A stretch of DNA of 64,000 nt, taken from NCBI GenBank assembly GCA_976551045.1, contig CDPCPM010000233.1, forward strand, positions 62,001-126,000. Reading direction: 5' to 3'. The position numbers and the translations under genes are program-made. This document shows positions 25,846-37,900 of this stretch, in pieces; position 1 is the first letter of the stretch; each line of letters begins with the position of its first letter. The notes below the pieces were generated by a model. The model saw only the letters and a list, made by a program, of their open reading frames with translations, was not told the origin of the DNA and searched no databases. The stretch is from Glaucostegus cemiculus (taxonomy: Eukaryota).

Positions 25846-26268
25846 TGTCGGATCCAATTATTTTCAAATCCACAGGTTCTTTCAGGAGTCCAGGAATGAG
25901 TTGAAAACAACTTGTTACTTCAAAGTTTTATTGGAGAAGTTTAAAACAAAAACAGTCACAGAGCCCATGGCACTGGCTTTGAGCCGAGACAAAGGAACAA
26001 AAAGCTCAGGCCATGGGAGAGGAAGAGCAAGAGAGACTAATGAAAAGTGACACCTTTTCTACCTGAGATAAGAGGTGCACTTTAAGTAACAATAATCCAA
26101 TCAGGAAACCTATCAGACAGTTGTGGCCAAACTAACCAATGAAAAAAAATCACATTCACTTGATGGACAAACCAATACGCTAGCAAGCGGCCATTCCTTG
26201 TGCAGCTGCTTGAGGTATATTAAACGCTATACCTGTTAAAAAGCTAATTAAAATAGTCCAATCCAACA
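25846..26268 (-). mobile_element. Putative solo LTR (423 bp)
   Basis: Termini TGTCGGAT...ATCCAACA (TG..CA, 7/8 inverted match), minus-strand AATAAA at 25927-25932, CCAAT boxes at 26097, 26136 and 26172; cleanly interrupts the CR1. Confidence 0.7.
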
Positions 26269-26405
26269 GCACCTCTATCAGGTCACGCCTCTGCCTCCTT
26301 TACTCCCAAGAAACAGATTCCAGCCCATCTTTTGTCTCCCTATAATTAAAGTCCTCCGATCTAGGCAAAACCTTTGAATATCCTCTGCACTCTCTCTCGT
26401 GCATA

Positions 26406-26474
26406 GTATGTTTTCCATTTAGACTCTATCCTGGAGGAGGTAGATACAGTTGATGTATGGAAAGCTGTAGATTT
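26406..26474 (+). repeat. Dispersed direct copy of 28441-28509 (first 69 nt of the intron after coding exon 5)
   Basis: Manual ungapped alignment gives 65/69 identity; GTGCAT occurs on both flanks (26399-26404 and 26477-26482). Confidence 0.92.
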
Positions 26475-28358
26475 TAGTGCATCTTTGCCATAGTGTGGTG
26501 ATCAGAACTGTGTCCAATACACCAAGTTTTGGCCAGTTTTTTAAGTTGGAATGCAGCATCCTTGCTGTTTAATTCTGTGCTGACCTATGAAGGCAAGCAT
26601 GCCATATGCTTTCATCACCCTGTCAACTGGGTTGCCACCTTCAGGCAAACCATACTTGGACCCTGAGGTCTCATCAGTGTTCCATAGTGCCCTACCATTT
26701 ACTCTGTCCTACCCTGACCTCCCTACAATGCAGGACCATGCCAAATGCTGTACTAAACTTTATCAACACCCTGCTGCCTTCAGTCTCCTTTGTTACCACC
26801 TTAAAAACAAATTAATGCGACAGGATTTCTCCTGCACAAAACTATGCTATCTCTGATCAGCCCCAGCCTTTCCAAATCGACATATTTTCTGTTCCTTAAG
26901 GTTTTCTCCAATAATTTCCCTACCACTGATAAAGGCTCACTGGCCTGTAGCTACTTGGCTGTATCCCTGTCGCCCTTCTTAAATGAACATTAGCGATCCT
27001 CCAGTCTTTAGGTACCTCAGCTGTGGCAAACAGATCTTAAAAAATTGTCAGAACCCCAACACCCCTCTTCCCATAGCATTCTGGGATAGATCTTACTGAA
27101 CCCTTGGGATTTATTCACCCTTATATGTTCCTCTGACACCCCCACTTTCTTAATACTAACATGCTCCAGATTCTCAACATATTCCCTCTTGAAGGATTTG
27201 TCAGCCTTCTCATCCTTGGTGAATATGGATGAGTAGTATTTTTCTAGGACATTGCCCACATCCCCTGGCTTCACGTGCAGATTACCCCTTTGGTCCTAAA
27301 GAGGACCCACTCTTTCCTTAGCTGCCCTCTTTTTCCAAATATACTTGCAGAATGACAGGATTCTGTATTACATTGCCTGCCAAAGGTATTTCATGGCCTC
27401 TTTGTCCTGTTTCATTAAGTACACTCCTAATGGATAAGGCATTATATAGAAATTGGGCTTCATTCACATATGCAATGAAAAACTTACTTCCTTGCATATT
27501 CTTCTGTATGCTATGTGCCTCATCACAGGTACATAGCATCAGAGAAGCAGCACTCAAGAATATGTTGTAGCAACTTCATATCATTAGTCAGATTATTACA
27601 GTTCCCAGCTAGGTACCAGTGGTTTCAAAGAATTTACATTCCATTTAATTGGAACTGAAGATGTTGCCTGTGGCAGCAGTTTCATTTGGTGCAAGAAGTA
27701 GCCTGTTCATGTGAAATAGCTTATTGAGGCAGGCAGATTATACTTTTTACTTGTAAACCTTGCCATCTAAATTACAACAATATAATTGTAGCCTGTGATC
27801 CCCTACCTAACCCAAGGGGTGTTGGCAATCACTGGGTTAGACTGTTTCACAACAAGTGGTCACGATCCACCAAAGAACCTTGGAGTGTGTTCTGCATGTC
27901 CTTGTCTGCAGAGGAACAATGAGGTAACAGTTCATTAGTTGAATGCTTATCTCAGCATTGTTTGAAGGTTTAGCTGCATTCAAAGAAACACTGTAGTTTT
28001 AATAAACTGAGTCCATGTATATAACTTGACAAGTGCAAATGGGATTTCCATTTCTCATGGTAAAGACCACCTTTTGGCACATGCTAGAGTTGACAGGTGC
28101 TGGCTAAACCAACGTTGGCCCAGATGTTGCTTCGCTAGCTCAGCTGCTACCCATCTGTGAAGTGCCAGAAAATTAGCTTTTACTGTATTTTATTTGGCAT
28201 GTGTGCAGATGACTTGTGGGTATGCTTCTGCACATTTTGAACAAATTTTTAGGATAATTGAATGTACAAAATAAAGCAGAAGTTGGCAATTCAGCTTCTC
28301 ACCAAATGTAATTGTGTAAAATACTTAATCTCTAACCACAGATCTTTGTATTTTTCAG

Positions 28359-28440
28359 TACTGGTGCTGTAAACGCTCACAACATTGTATTGGTGAAGAA
28401 GAAGCAGGGCCGATGTCAAGGCGTAGTTTGTGCTATGAAG
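28359..28440 (+). CDS. CSDE1: CSDE1 coding exon 5
   Basis: tttttcag|T...AAG|gtatgt; (H)TGAVNAHNIVLVKKKQGRCQGVVCAMK; 82 nt. Confidence 0.96.
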
Positions 28441-29597
28441 GTATGTTTCCCATTTAGACTCTATCCTGGAGGAGGGAGATACAGTTGATGCATGGAAAGT
28501 TGTAGATTTCCATTGAAAGGAAGATGGCAGATTTGTTTCTTTGCCTAACTAAAATTACAGGGACAAAACAGTAAAGAAATTGATTCTTTAGAAATGCAAG
28601 AACAGTTGAACTGATCAGAATCTGGAAAAAAAGTTGGATTGAATTGATACTGTGTATATAGTGCGCCTTTAATTTTGTCCCTGAATATGACTAGTTTTGG
28701 TTACAAGTGGAAGGAGTGGAATATATTGCCTGCTGGAACCAGTCCTCCCATTCATTTAGGTTTATCTTCTATCTTGAGTCCATTTTTATGTTGAGTCCCA
28801 ATGTTCTGATTCCTTGGGGTTTGTTGTGGGGTGGAAATGGCAAATATTGAAAATATTCGTCTATGTTAAGATATTTGCTGTTTCTTTAATATTCGAAGAT
28901 CTGTGTTTCCTTATCACACTTTGGGTTGGCTAAGTAAATTTGTATGCTCTGACAATAGCCTACTGGAATTTTAATTGTCATTTAAAAAATAACATAATTT
29001 TGTAAGTAACTGAAGCTGTAGAAGTACATTCTGCTCTTAAGAAATGGAAGTTATATTGCCCCTCAAGCCTGTTTGACCTTTCAGTTGGCTCATTGCTGAT
29101 CATAGATGTAATTTATTTTTCTTGCCCAGTCACTGTGTCCTCAAACTCCCTGAAGAAAGATGTATCTACAGTTTTCAGAATTTGATACGAAATGCCTCAA
29201 GAGTTACCCTCCTTTATTGATTTGAAATATTTTCAGATTTTTGGATTGAAATACTGTAAATTTAATATCAAATTTAGTTTGTTCAATCTTATTTCTCAAG
29301 ATTTGAAAGGGGAAATCCAGTGTGTGTCAAAGAGATCGTGCAAATAAGGATGTGTATCTCACTGATGTTTGAATACTTTTTTGTTTAGAAATATTTGGCT
29401 CAATTCAATAGGGAAATGCTTATGCCAGTGCAGGTGTACAGTTGTCAGGAAAGGGAGGTTGTTGCATTTATTGTTAAGCCAATATAATTAGTTTAACTGA
29501 AATTTAATCAGAAAAATATGTGCTCATTTAATGTATGAGGATCTTGTATGTATTTCAGGATATTGTGTTAACACTAATTGTTTGTTGAAATTCACAG

Positions 29598-29726
29598 GAA
29601 GCATTTGGATTCATTGAAAGAGGTGACCTTGTGAAAGAGATCTTCTTCCATTATAGTGAATTCAAAGGAAACCTGGACACATTGCAGCCAGGCGATGATG
29701 TGGAATTTACTATTAAAGAAAGAAAT
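29598..29726 (+). CDS. CSDE1: CSDE1 coding exon 6 (CSD core)
   Basis: ttcacag|GAA...AAT|gtaagc; EAFGFIERGDLVKEIFFHYSEFKGNLDTLQPGDDVEFTIKERN; 129 nt. Confidence 0.97.
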
Positions 29727-31623
29727 GTAAGCAGTGTTGAAGTAAAATACAGAAGAATGAATCTCAGTACCTGTACATTTGGCTAGTTGATCCACAAAAC
29801 CTGCAGTTTCGAGGATTCAATGTAGATATCCTTATAAGAAACTATACCATTTCAATTTTTCTTTATCCTGCACTTGCACCTACTCTGCAATTCAGTCCTT
29901 GGTTGTCATGGTTGTCCTTTATCTCAGTACCACATTCCTAATTTCTCCATGTTCCTTTGTCCTTTTTGTCTAAAAAATCAGGGACTCAAATATTCAGTGA
30001 CTTGACTTCTGTGGTTGAGAAATCAACTGCTTCAACACCTGATGGAAGAAACCTCTCGGTTCTAAATATCTTGCCCTGTATCCTGAGTGTTACCCCCTGG
30101 TTCTGGACCCCACCCCTCTCCAAACCAAGGGAAATAGCCATTTGATGGTTTGCTGTGAGCTGTTAGTAACTGGGGCCTCTGAGCTCTCTGCCATATTTCT
30201 TCAATATATTAAGAAAAGCTACATCTGACAGTTTTCATGCAGCACTTTTTCAGCTTAACTAGCATATCATGAAAGTGACCTAGTGGAATTTTAATTTCTG
30301 CAATCAATTATTAAAATGTATTTTTAATTACCGCTCAGATTGAAGTCTTAGATGAATATAGGAAGCTTTTCAAGTACATGACAAGCCTTGTGTAGAGCAT
30401 GTACACAGTCTGAGCTATAATGACTTGTGCAATAAGTTTTACAGAGGAGCATGTTAAATTTTCAAGTATTGCTATTTTTCACAAATCCCAGAGGTTTGCC
30501 CTATAGTTCATGTGGCTCTAGAATCACTTTTGGGAAATAGTGACATCTAGTGCGCAGATGAGAAGTTTCATCCTTTAGTCATATTATGGATGTTCATTTT
30601 CTTTAAATGTAGATTCCAGAATGTGTTTAAACAAAACAAATCGGGAAATGTACTTGTGGCTCTTTCAAGTCTCTTTTACATTTATACATGCCACATTGAA
30701 CTACAAAGCTGAGGTTTTGAATCACAATCTAAGCTCATGCTATATTTGTTAATTGGTCTAAACTAAATTGTGGTAAAAAGCCTTTGGAAAACTGGAAGGG
30801 AGAGAACCTGGCACTGTTTCCAATCTGCAGCTCACTTTGTTGGTTCAGTTTGATAGTCCAAAATATCCATTAAAGTAATTGTAGGTACAAAAGTAGCTGG
30901 ATGTTGTACAAAAGGATGGGGATAGTGGGAATCTACATCAAGGGCCTCCACCTATGTTCCACCATTGGGCTTGGAAAGATTAGTGAAGTTCACATTTTTG
31001 TTTGTTTTAGTGGAATAACCATCCTGTACATTGAAGATTTGTTCACTCATTCTGCGTGATCGGAGATTTCAAAATCCTTGCATAATTCTGTATCCATTAT
31101 TTCCCTTGTTAAAAACTTGTATTGTTTAAAAACATTTTTTCTCCCTGAAGTAAGAAGTTGAGAGCAGTACATCTGCTCTTCTACTGTAATCCACTTTAAG
31201 TTGTGTATCCATTAAGCAGTAACACCCACACAGGTGAACAGTGATTAGTTTTAATGTCACTATGGTGCAACACTTGAATTTGCCATGACGTGTGCAACTG
31301 CAGACAGCTGTAATGTGACTTTTTGTAATCATTAATAATAACCTCAGAACCACAGGGGTTCTGTGGTGTACAGTCACAAAAGATTTCTTTATGTTCATGT
31401 TTCTTGTTATTATAGCCATTGTAAAGGGGTAAGATGCTTGATTTCAACATGATCAATTCCCCATAGCTATCCTGAAGTAATGTGCTTCATAATACACTAC
31501 TTGCCAAAATTGTTTTGAATTTCTTTGGCAGTATACAGTCAGTACAGTGAGCAAAGAATTGTTTTCATTTAGGAAACTAACTGTAATGAAAACTCAATGG
31601 TCTAGTGATGTTTTGTTTTCTAG

Positions 31624-31749
31624 GGAAAAGAAGTTGCCACTGAAGTGAAACTGTTACCCCAAGGAACTGTCATATTTGAGGATGTTAGTATTGAACAGTT
31701 TGATGGAACTGTCACCAAAGTTATTCCAAAAGTATCCAGTAAAACCCAG
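31624..31749 (+). CDS. CSDE1: CSDE1 coding exon 7
   Basis: ttttctag|GGA...CAG|gtaaat; GKEVATEVKLLPQGTVIFEDVSIEQFDGTVTKVIPKVSSKTQ; 126 nt. Confidence 0.96.
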
Positions 31750-32631
31750 GTAAATCTAGTATAAATTTACTCCGGTTATTTCAAAGATGTACATGTTCCT
31801 AAATGCAAGATTGAATTGTTGCAACAGGTGTTCTCTCTGGCAGAAGTATGGCAAAATGGCCATTGTGTTCAATAACTTTGCTGTTTTTCATATTTCAACT
31901 ATTTAGTAATTGGGCAAAACAATTCTTTTTAAACATTTTAATAAAAATTGACATTAACAATTGCTTCATTGAAATTGGAGAACAATCTCAAAACATGCAA
32001 ATAGGAAAGTCAGGAGCATGCAGAGAACTACAATAATGATTTTAAGTGCCAGTACGTAATGGCCAAATGTGAGTCAAGTAAGCTGTTCAAGTAGACATGC
32101 CTGGAGTAATCATAACTAATCTTGTTTTAGTCAAAATCTTACTGGCTACTGAAGTTTGTGACTGAGGAATGAAATTCATTCTGAATTAATGTCTATGATA
32201 GCAAAGGGGAGAGGGAAGGGTTGAAAAATGCATATTCAGTTAATTGCTCACTGGACACCGGCAGTGATTTTATACTAAATGTGATCTTTGGTTTAACCCA
32301 CATGGTTTCTAGGGTAATGAGACGGGAAATATCAACATCTTTGAAAACTTAATAAATTGAGTACAAGCAAATGAACAATAAAACCATAATGTTCCAGTAA
32401 ATGTATAAATATGATCTTTTTGTAAGTACTCAAATCGTAAACAATTCCAGTCACTAGCATAACTTATTTTCCACAATGTTTCCCTATAACCAAATTACAA
32501 AATGTACTTTGATTTTAATTTAAGTTTGCAATTCTGCAATAATTAATTACTAATCATTTGTGTATTGTTACTGATCATTAGACTTGTTTTATCACTTACC
32601 TACTGAAAGTTGCAACTTTTTTTTATTGTAG

Positions 32632-32844
32632 ACTGATCCTTTGCCAGGACGTATCAAAGTAAACTTTACCATTTCCAAAGAACTTCCCTTTGGAGATAAG
32701 GACACCAGATCTAAAGTTACTCTATTAGAAGGTGACCATGTCAGGTTTAATATCTCCACTGATCGACGTGACAAATTAGAACGAGCTACAAATATTGAAA
32801 TCCTGACTGATTCTTTCGAGTTAACCGGAGAGACCAGAGAAATG
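32632..32844 (+). CDS. CSDE1: CSDE1 coding exon 8
   Basis: attgtag|ACT...ATG|gtaagt; TDPLPGRIKVNF...TGETREM; 213 nt. Confidence 0.97.
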
Positions 32845-32902
32845 GTAAGTTTAAGATTTTAAACTCTTAATACAAGTAATCTATTAGGATGCATTGAGGT
32901 AT

Positions 32903-32923
32903 TAGTGACTTTAAAAGTCACTA
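32903..32923. repeat. Near-perfect palindrome (10-bp arms, 1-nt spacer)
   Basis: TAGTGACTTT-A-AAAGTCACTA. Confidence 0.9.
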
Positions 32924-33112
32924 GTGGTTTTGGAAGGGGGAGGTAAACAAGTAGATGGTGAAATAATGGACATGGCATTGGGAGCACAAGTATAGGTAAT
33001 GGGTTTATTGATTTTTTAGGGTGACAAACTAAGGATACTTGAACATCAGTGAAAGTATTTGTAAATTATGTATTCTTTCCCTGAAGAGTTACAGATACTC
33101 TTGTTTCTGTAG

Positions 33113-33253
33113 GGTGTGATTGCAGCTATGAGAGATGGATTTGGTTTCATTAAATGTGTAGATCGCGATGCTCGAATGTTCTTCCACTTTAGTGAGATCA
33201 TGGATAGTCTGCAGCTCCACATCTCAGATGAGGTTGAATTCACAGTTGTCCCC
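33113..33253 (+). CDS. CSDE1: CSDE1 coding exon 9 (CSD core)
   Basis: ttctgtag|GGT...CCC|gtaagt; [28 protein letters not shown]...EFTVVP; 141 nt. Confidence 0.97.
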
Positions 33254-34281
33254 GTAAGTGCTTCGATGTGTATATTAAGTGCTTTTATTCAAATTTGTAT
33301 ACAGTTATGATTTGAGCTGATAAAGGAGCAGTATCTTTGGCCTCCGGTCCTTAATTTGTTGCTCACTCCACATAAAGGTAATTTATACTGACTGTATAAT
33401 TGTCTATGTTCACATCTCAAATTGGCTCGATAGCACTTTCTGTAAGCTAACTGCCTATGTATTATGTCCCAAAATGGTAATTGATGTATAATACTGTTTT
33501 AACTTTGGTTCTGCTTGGAGGAATGCTAGCTCTGGTAAATGTGGACGTGCTGTTGGATCTTGTGAATACCTGAACTCCTTGTCAGAAGCTAAATTAAGGA
33601 ACCAGTGGAACACCCTGTGGAACATCAAGTCCTTGACAAAGGAAGGAAATAACTCCCTGGAGATTGGGGGGTGGGGGGAGAACATAGATACCTACAGCAT
33701 AATTCAGTTGCAGATGTCATTGCAGTTAGGGACAGGTGACCAGGTCAGCCACCTTGCAGACATCAGCAGGTGGGTCATTTGGACAGAGACCTCATACAAG
33801 GAAGAGAGATCTAAATGGTAATTTTGAATTGTGACACAGGATTATTGGTGGATTAACCTCTGAGATGGTTGCAAGGGTGCTGGACTCTGCTCATTAGAAA
33901 AGAACAGTTGAGAGAGGGGTATCAGATGTTAAATTAACATTACTGTTGTCTCTCAAACTCTTAAACCCTGAATCACAGGTGTCAATTCAGTCCCAGGCTG
34001 TTGTAAATGTAGATGGGCAGGGAGGGACAATAGTCTTGCAAAAGAGAGCATGGTCTGCCTGCTTGAGAATGGTGCTGGAGGATGAAAACTTCCATATTTT
34101 AATACTTCTAATCAGAACAGTGTACAACTTGTTTCTTAGACATCTTACAGAAACATTAAATAGTCTCCATTACAGATTACACATGGCAAGTTATCTTTCA
34201 TAGAACAGTACATTTCTTGGCAATTGTATATTGTGTATTTGCATTATCAGTAAAGATCTAATTGGTTTGTTTTTTTCTAAG

Positions 34282-34446
34282 GATGTTCTTTCAGCTCAAA
34301 GGAACCATGCAATCCGTATTAAAAAGCTTCCAAAAGGGACTGTGTCGTTTCACACACAATCTGAGCAGCGTTACTTTGGCGTTGTGGAGAAAGAAGCTAC
34401 TGGTTCAGTGTCCAAGTCCACCAGCCCAGCTAAGAGTAAAGAAAAA
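34282..34446 (+). CDS. CSDE1: CSDE1 coding exon 10
   Basis: ttttctaag|GAT...AAA|gtaaga (AAG acceptor); DVLSAQRNHAIRIKKLPKG...AKSKEK; 165 nt. Confidence 0.96.
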
Positions 34447-34634
34447 GTAAGATGAATCAAATCAGTGTGAAGCATTTGGCTGGCCTTGAGGATTCCAGCT
34501 TGATGTTGGTTCTGTAGAAATTTTAAGATGCCCTAATGGAATTCAAGAGAGCATTGATTATTTCTATACCTGAACTGATTACAATGTGAATGTTGCACCT
34601 GTTTTAGAAATATTATCAAAGCTGTTAGTTATTC

Positions 34635-34975
34635 TGACCATAGAATGGAGAAGATGAAAGTGACCTAATCAAGGTTTTCAAAGTAAGGTTTGTAACAGAT
34701 TTTCCTCTCTTGAATGGTGGGTCAATAATATGAAGGTCGTAGATGTAAAACCATTAGAAAAAGATCTAAATGAAAAAAGTTTTTGCCGAAGTAGCTTGAT
34801 CTGCGATAATCATTTTCCATCAGAAAAGTGGTGGAAGCTGATTCAGTACGTCATTTTTAAAGGGATGGAAACTTGAGCAAGAGTTTAGAGTTGTGGGTAA
34901 GAAAACAAGGGTATGAAACTACATGGCTGCTCCTTCAGCTCATGGATTGAATGGTCTTCATCTGTATTGCAGATA
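34635..34975 (+). mobile_element. Old CR1 3' fragment
   Basis: gagaagatgaaagtgacctaatcaaggttttcaaa...gctcatggattgaatggtcttcatctgt resembles the CR1 ORF2 end and 3' UTR. Confidence 0.55.
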
Positions 34976-37900
34976 TGAGTCTGAATGACTTGTTAAGACT
35001 TATCTTTCTAGGCAGGATCTGAATGCATGATGTTTTTGTGCTACTGAAGCCAGAGTTTTGTTAGTGCAGTTGTCTCGTCTCACTATTGTAGCTTCCAACT
35101 TTATCCACGAATGGATTGGAAAGTGGGAGGTATGATAATTAACTACTGAAAACTAATGAAAATTTTGCTTATTTCTGCCCATTATTTGATTTGAGTGGTA
35201 ATTTAATTTAATTTGTATTAAAATTAAGGCACAGTGCCAGGGTGGAGTTTAAAATCTTGTTTTGATTTGATCTGTGTTAGCAAAGTACCTTTGACTGTGC
35301 AGAATTTGGCCATAAAATTCAGCCTGGGTCTCACAACAGATGCTAAAGCAGCTTAAATTATGGCAAAAATGGATTTACTGAGATCTCCATAGCCCAAGTT
35401 TTATACAAGTGTGGCATCCTTTTGAAGACTGTTCCTATCTTTTAGCTTCCTTTCCACAACTTTGGAGTCTGGCTTTCCATCTTTAGTATGCTACTTCGTT
35501 TAATCTGCCAGAGATCTTAAGGAAAAGCAAGTGTTATATTGATGTGGGTGAAATAATTGGAGTTGTAGGAAGTGCACGTAGGCTAACATTGCATTTTAAC
35601 CAACTAAGGTTTCTGTACTTTGGAAACAGCTACAGTCAAGCAAAGTGAGATGAGCATGCATGACCTAGAAGAATCAAATTGTCAAACAACCCTTTGCATC
35701 AGTTTTTCTCCTGATCCAGCAGTATGCATGTGATGTAATGGCACTATCCTTGATCCTGATATTTCTATGGCAGCAAATTCCACTGATCACTCAGCTGGGA
35801 GAAAATACCCATGGCTCATGAAATCCTTTTTTAGTCTGTTTTTAAATGCAACTTTGGAAGTTGCACAGCTTCTGATCATTTGATTCTCTCAATATACAGG
35901 ATGTCACAGAGACAAACTGGCTTTAGTGAATAAGTATTTGGCATCAAAATACTGATATTAATGTGTACTGCCAAGTCTTTGCGTATACATTGGCAAGATG
36001 GGTAGGGCATTGACAAGAATTTGGTGACAGGAAGGCATACAAGGTTGATGGAATTCTGGTAGCAAAATGTCCATGAAAATTGATGGCAAGTTTTTAAATT
36101 TTTACTTTCAACTGCATTTAAACTTGCATTCTCCAGATTATTTGAAAAGTAAAAAAAAAAACTGCAGATACTGGAAATCTGAAAACCTGAAATAAAACTT
36201 CTGGAAGTACTTGTTCTGTCTTTTTAGATAGACATGTTAATTGCTGCTGATCTATCTGGAGATAGTGTAAATAAAGGTTGATGTATGAGAATGGGAAATG
36301 AAGTAATGCAGGAACAAAGATATAGAACACCTGCAGCCTTTTGTTTAGCTGGTAGGTGTATTACTCTGCTATTGTCACTGGAATATGCCCAGGAATACCC
36401 TGGAATTCTGATTTTTATCCAGTGGGTACAAGTCCAAGTCTCTGCTCAACTTTTTATTCCCCTGGGTAACCTTCTGTTTGCTACTCCGGTATGTACTGTA
36501 TAGAGCATTTTATTGGCTACGACATTCAACTGCTCAGCATTTGCCTTAAGTTTGGGTAAAAATGTTTACCATCTAAATTGCAAGCATATCTTCTGGACAT
36601 GGAGAATTCAAGTTCAGGATGAAGAAAGAAAATGATGCTATGGCATGGTATCCTTCATGTTTGAATGCTGTAGTGATCAGTATCACTTTTAATACCACTT
36701 TTCCCTGTCAAAACTTTTTCATTTTTATTAACTGATTTTTCACTCGCCACAAGCTTTTTCTCAAGTATTTCAAAGTGATTGAACTGTGCTTGGGAAGTAA
36801 TGGAACTAAGATATTATTTTAGGGGTGCCGGTGGAACAGGAAGCTAAATTAATGAAAATTGTTTTTAGTTTAAATTCAGAACATTGTGTCCTTGGTGATA
36901 TCAGAGCATGTGGAATCCAAAATGCTGGCCATGCAGAATAGCTTTAATCAAAAGGTCAGGTAGCTGCAGTGGAAAAAGTGTTTCCAATGGGAACTAACCC
37001 CCCCCCCCCCCCCCCCCAAAGTTAGAACTGGGAAGGAGAAAGTTGTTTTCACACTAACCTTTTTCTCCTGAGAATCTTTGACTTGAACCATGAACTCTGC
37101 TTTTATCATTATTAGTTTTACTTCAGAATTCCAACATCTGCAGTTTTTATTTTTGATGTTTTTAATCAAAGGGATTTTGTTCACAGATCTCATGTAAATT
37201 ATTTAACTGAAAGTCTTGGTCCTTTTTGCATTGACCTAATATGCAGCTGTCTTTACAGCAAAGTTTCCCAATCACTCGCCCAGAAATTCTGATGGTAGAG
37301 GTTGGCAGTATTGTCATGGTTGGTAATATGTTGCAACTGCTGTACATGTTTAGTGTAGCTCAGTTTGCACTGAACTAATACTAATTTGGTCTGTATCCCA
37401 GATTGTAGTGTGTGCATTGTGCACTGCTGAAATGCGTCTGAATTAGATCTCTTGATTCTACTTTACTGTCTGCAACCTTGCCTCTTTCAGTTGAAGTACA
37501 AAGAATACCAGAAATGCGAATCTCCTTATTGTGTGCTAACTTTGCTCAGGAAATAAAATGGAGTCCTTGCAAATCCTGTTCATTTGCATTTCATTAGATC
37601 CATGTTTTGTTTTGTTACTAGGCAATATTTAGGCCAAATTTTGGCATGGTTTTACCACAGCACAGTTAATATTTGCGGTGAAGCTTATTGAATCCTTTTG
37701 TGTAAAACAATTCTAGGAAGTTAAATGACTAACTCCAGTGAATTATAGGACCTTGCATTATGCAAGTTATTGGCCTAGTGGAGGTTTTCCTTTGGCTAAT
37801 CCTAAATCTGATAGTATAGAATGTATTCTACCTAACTAACCAGTGAATTGTATTACTTAAATTCTGCATAAAATGCATCTTGTCATAAATGAAATCCAAC

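Larger units (their letters stand above)
25523..27420 (-). mobile_element. CR1 LINE (antisense), interrupted by a solo LTR (25846-26268) and a 69-nt templated insert (26406-26474)
   Basis: Reverse-complement CR1 tail at about 25523-25570; minus-strand remnant LEKYYSSIFTKD...IRVNKSQGFSKIYPRMLWE; CR1 sequence resumes on both sides of each insert. Confidence 0.88.

Noticed and set aside
24003-28450. U12-type introns (donors beginning GTAT)
   Set aside because: Both donors read GTATGT, not the GTATCCTT consensus.
32592-33243. Antisense ORFs overlapping exons (also 23913-24095, 29592-29795, 62480-62746)
   Set aside because: Shadow frames of the CSDE1 exons with no independent support.
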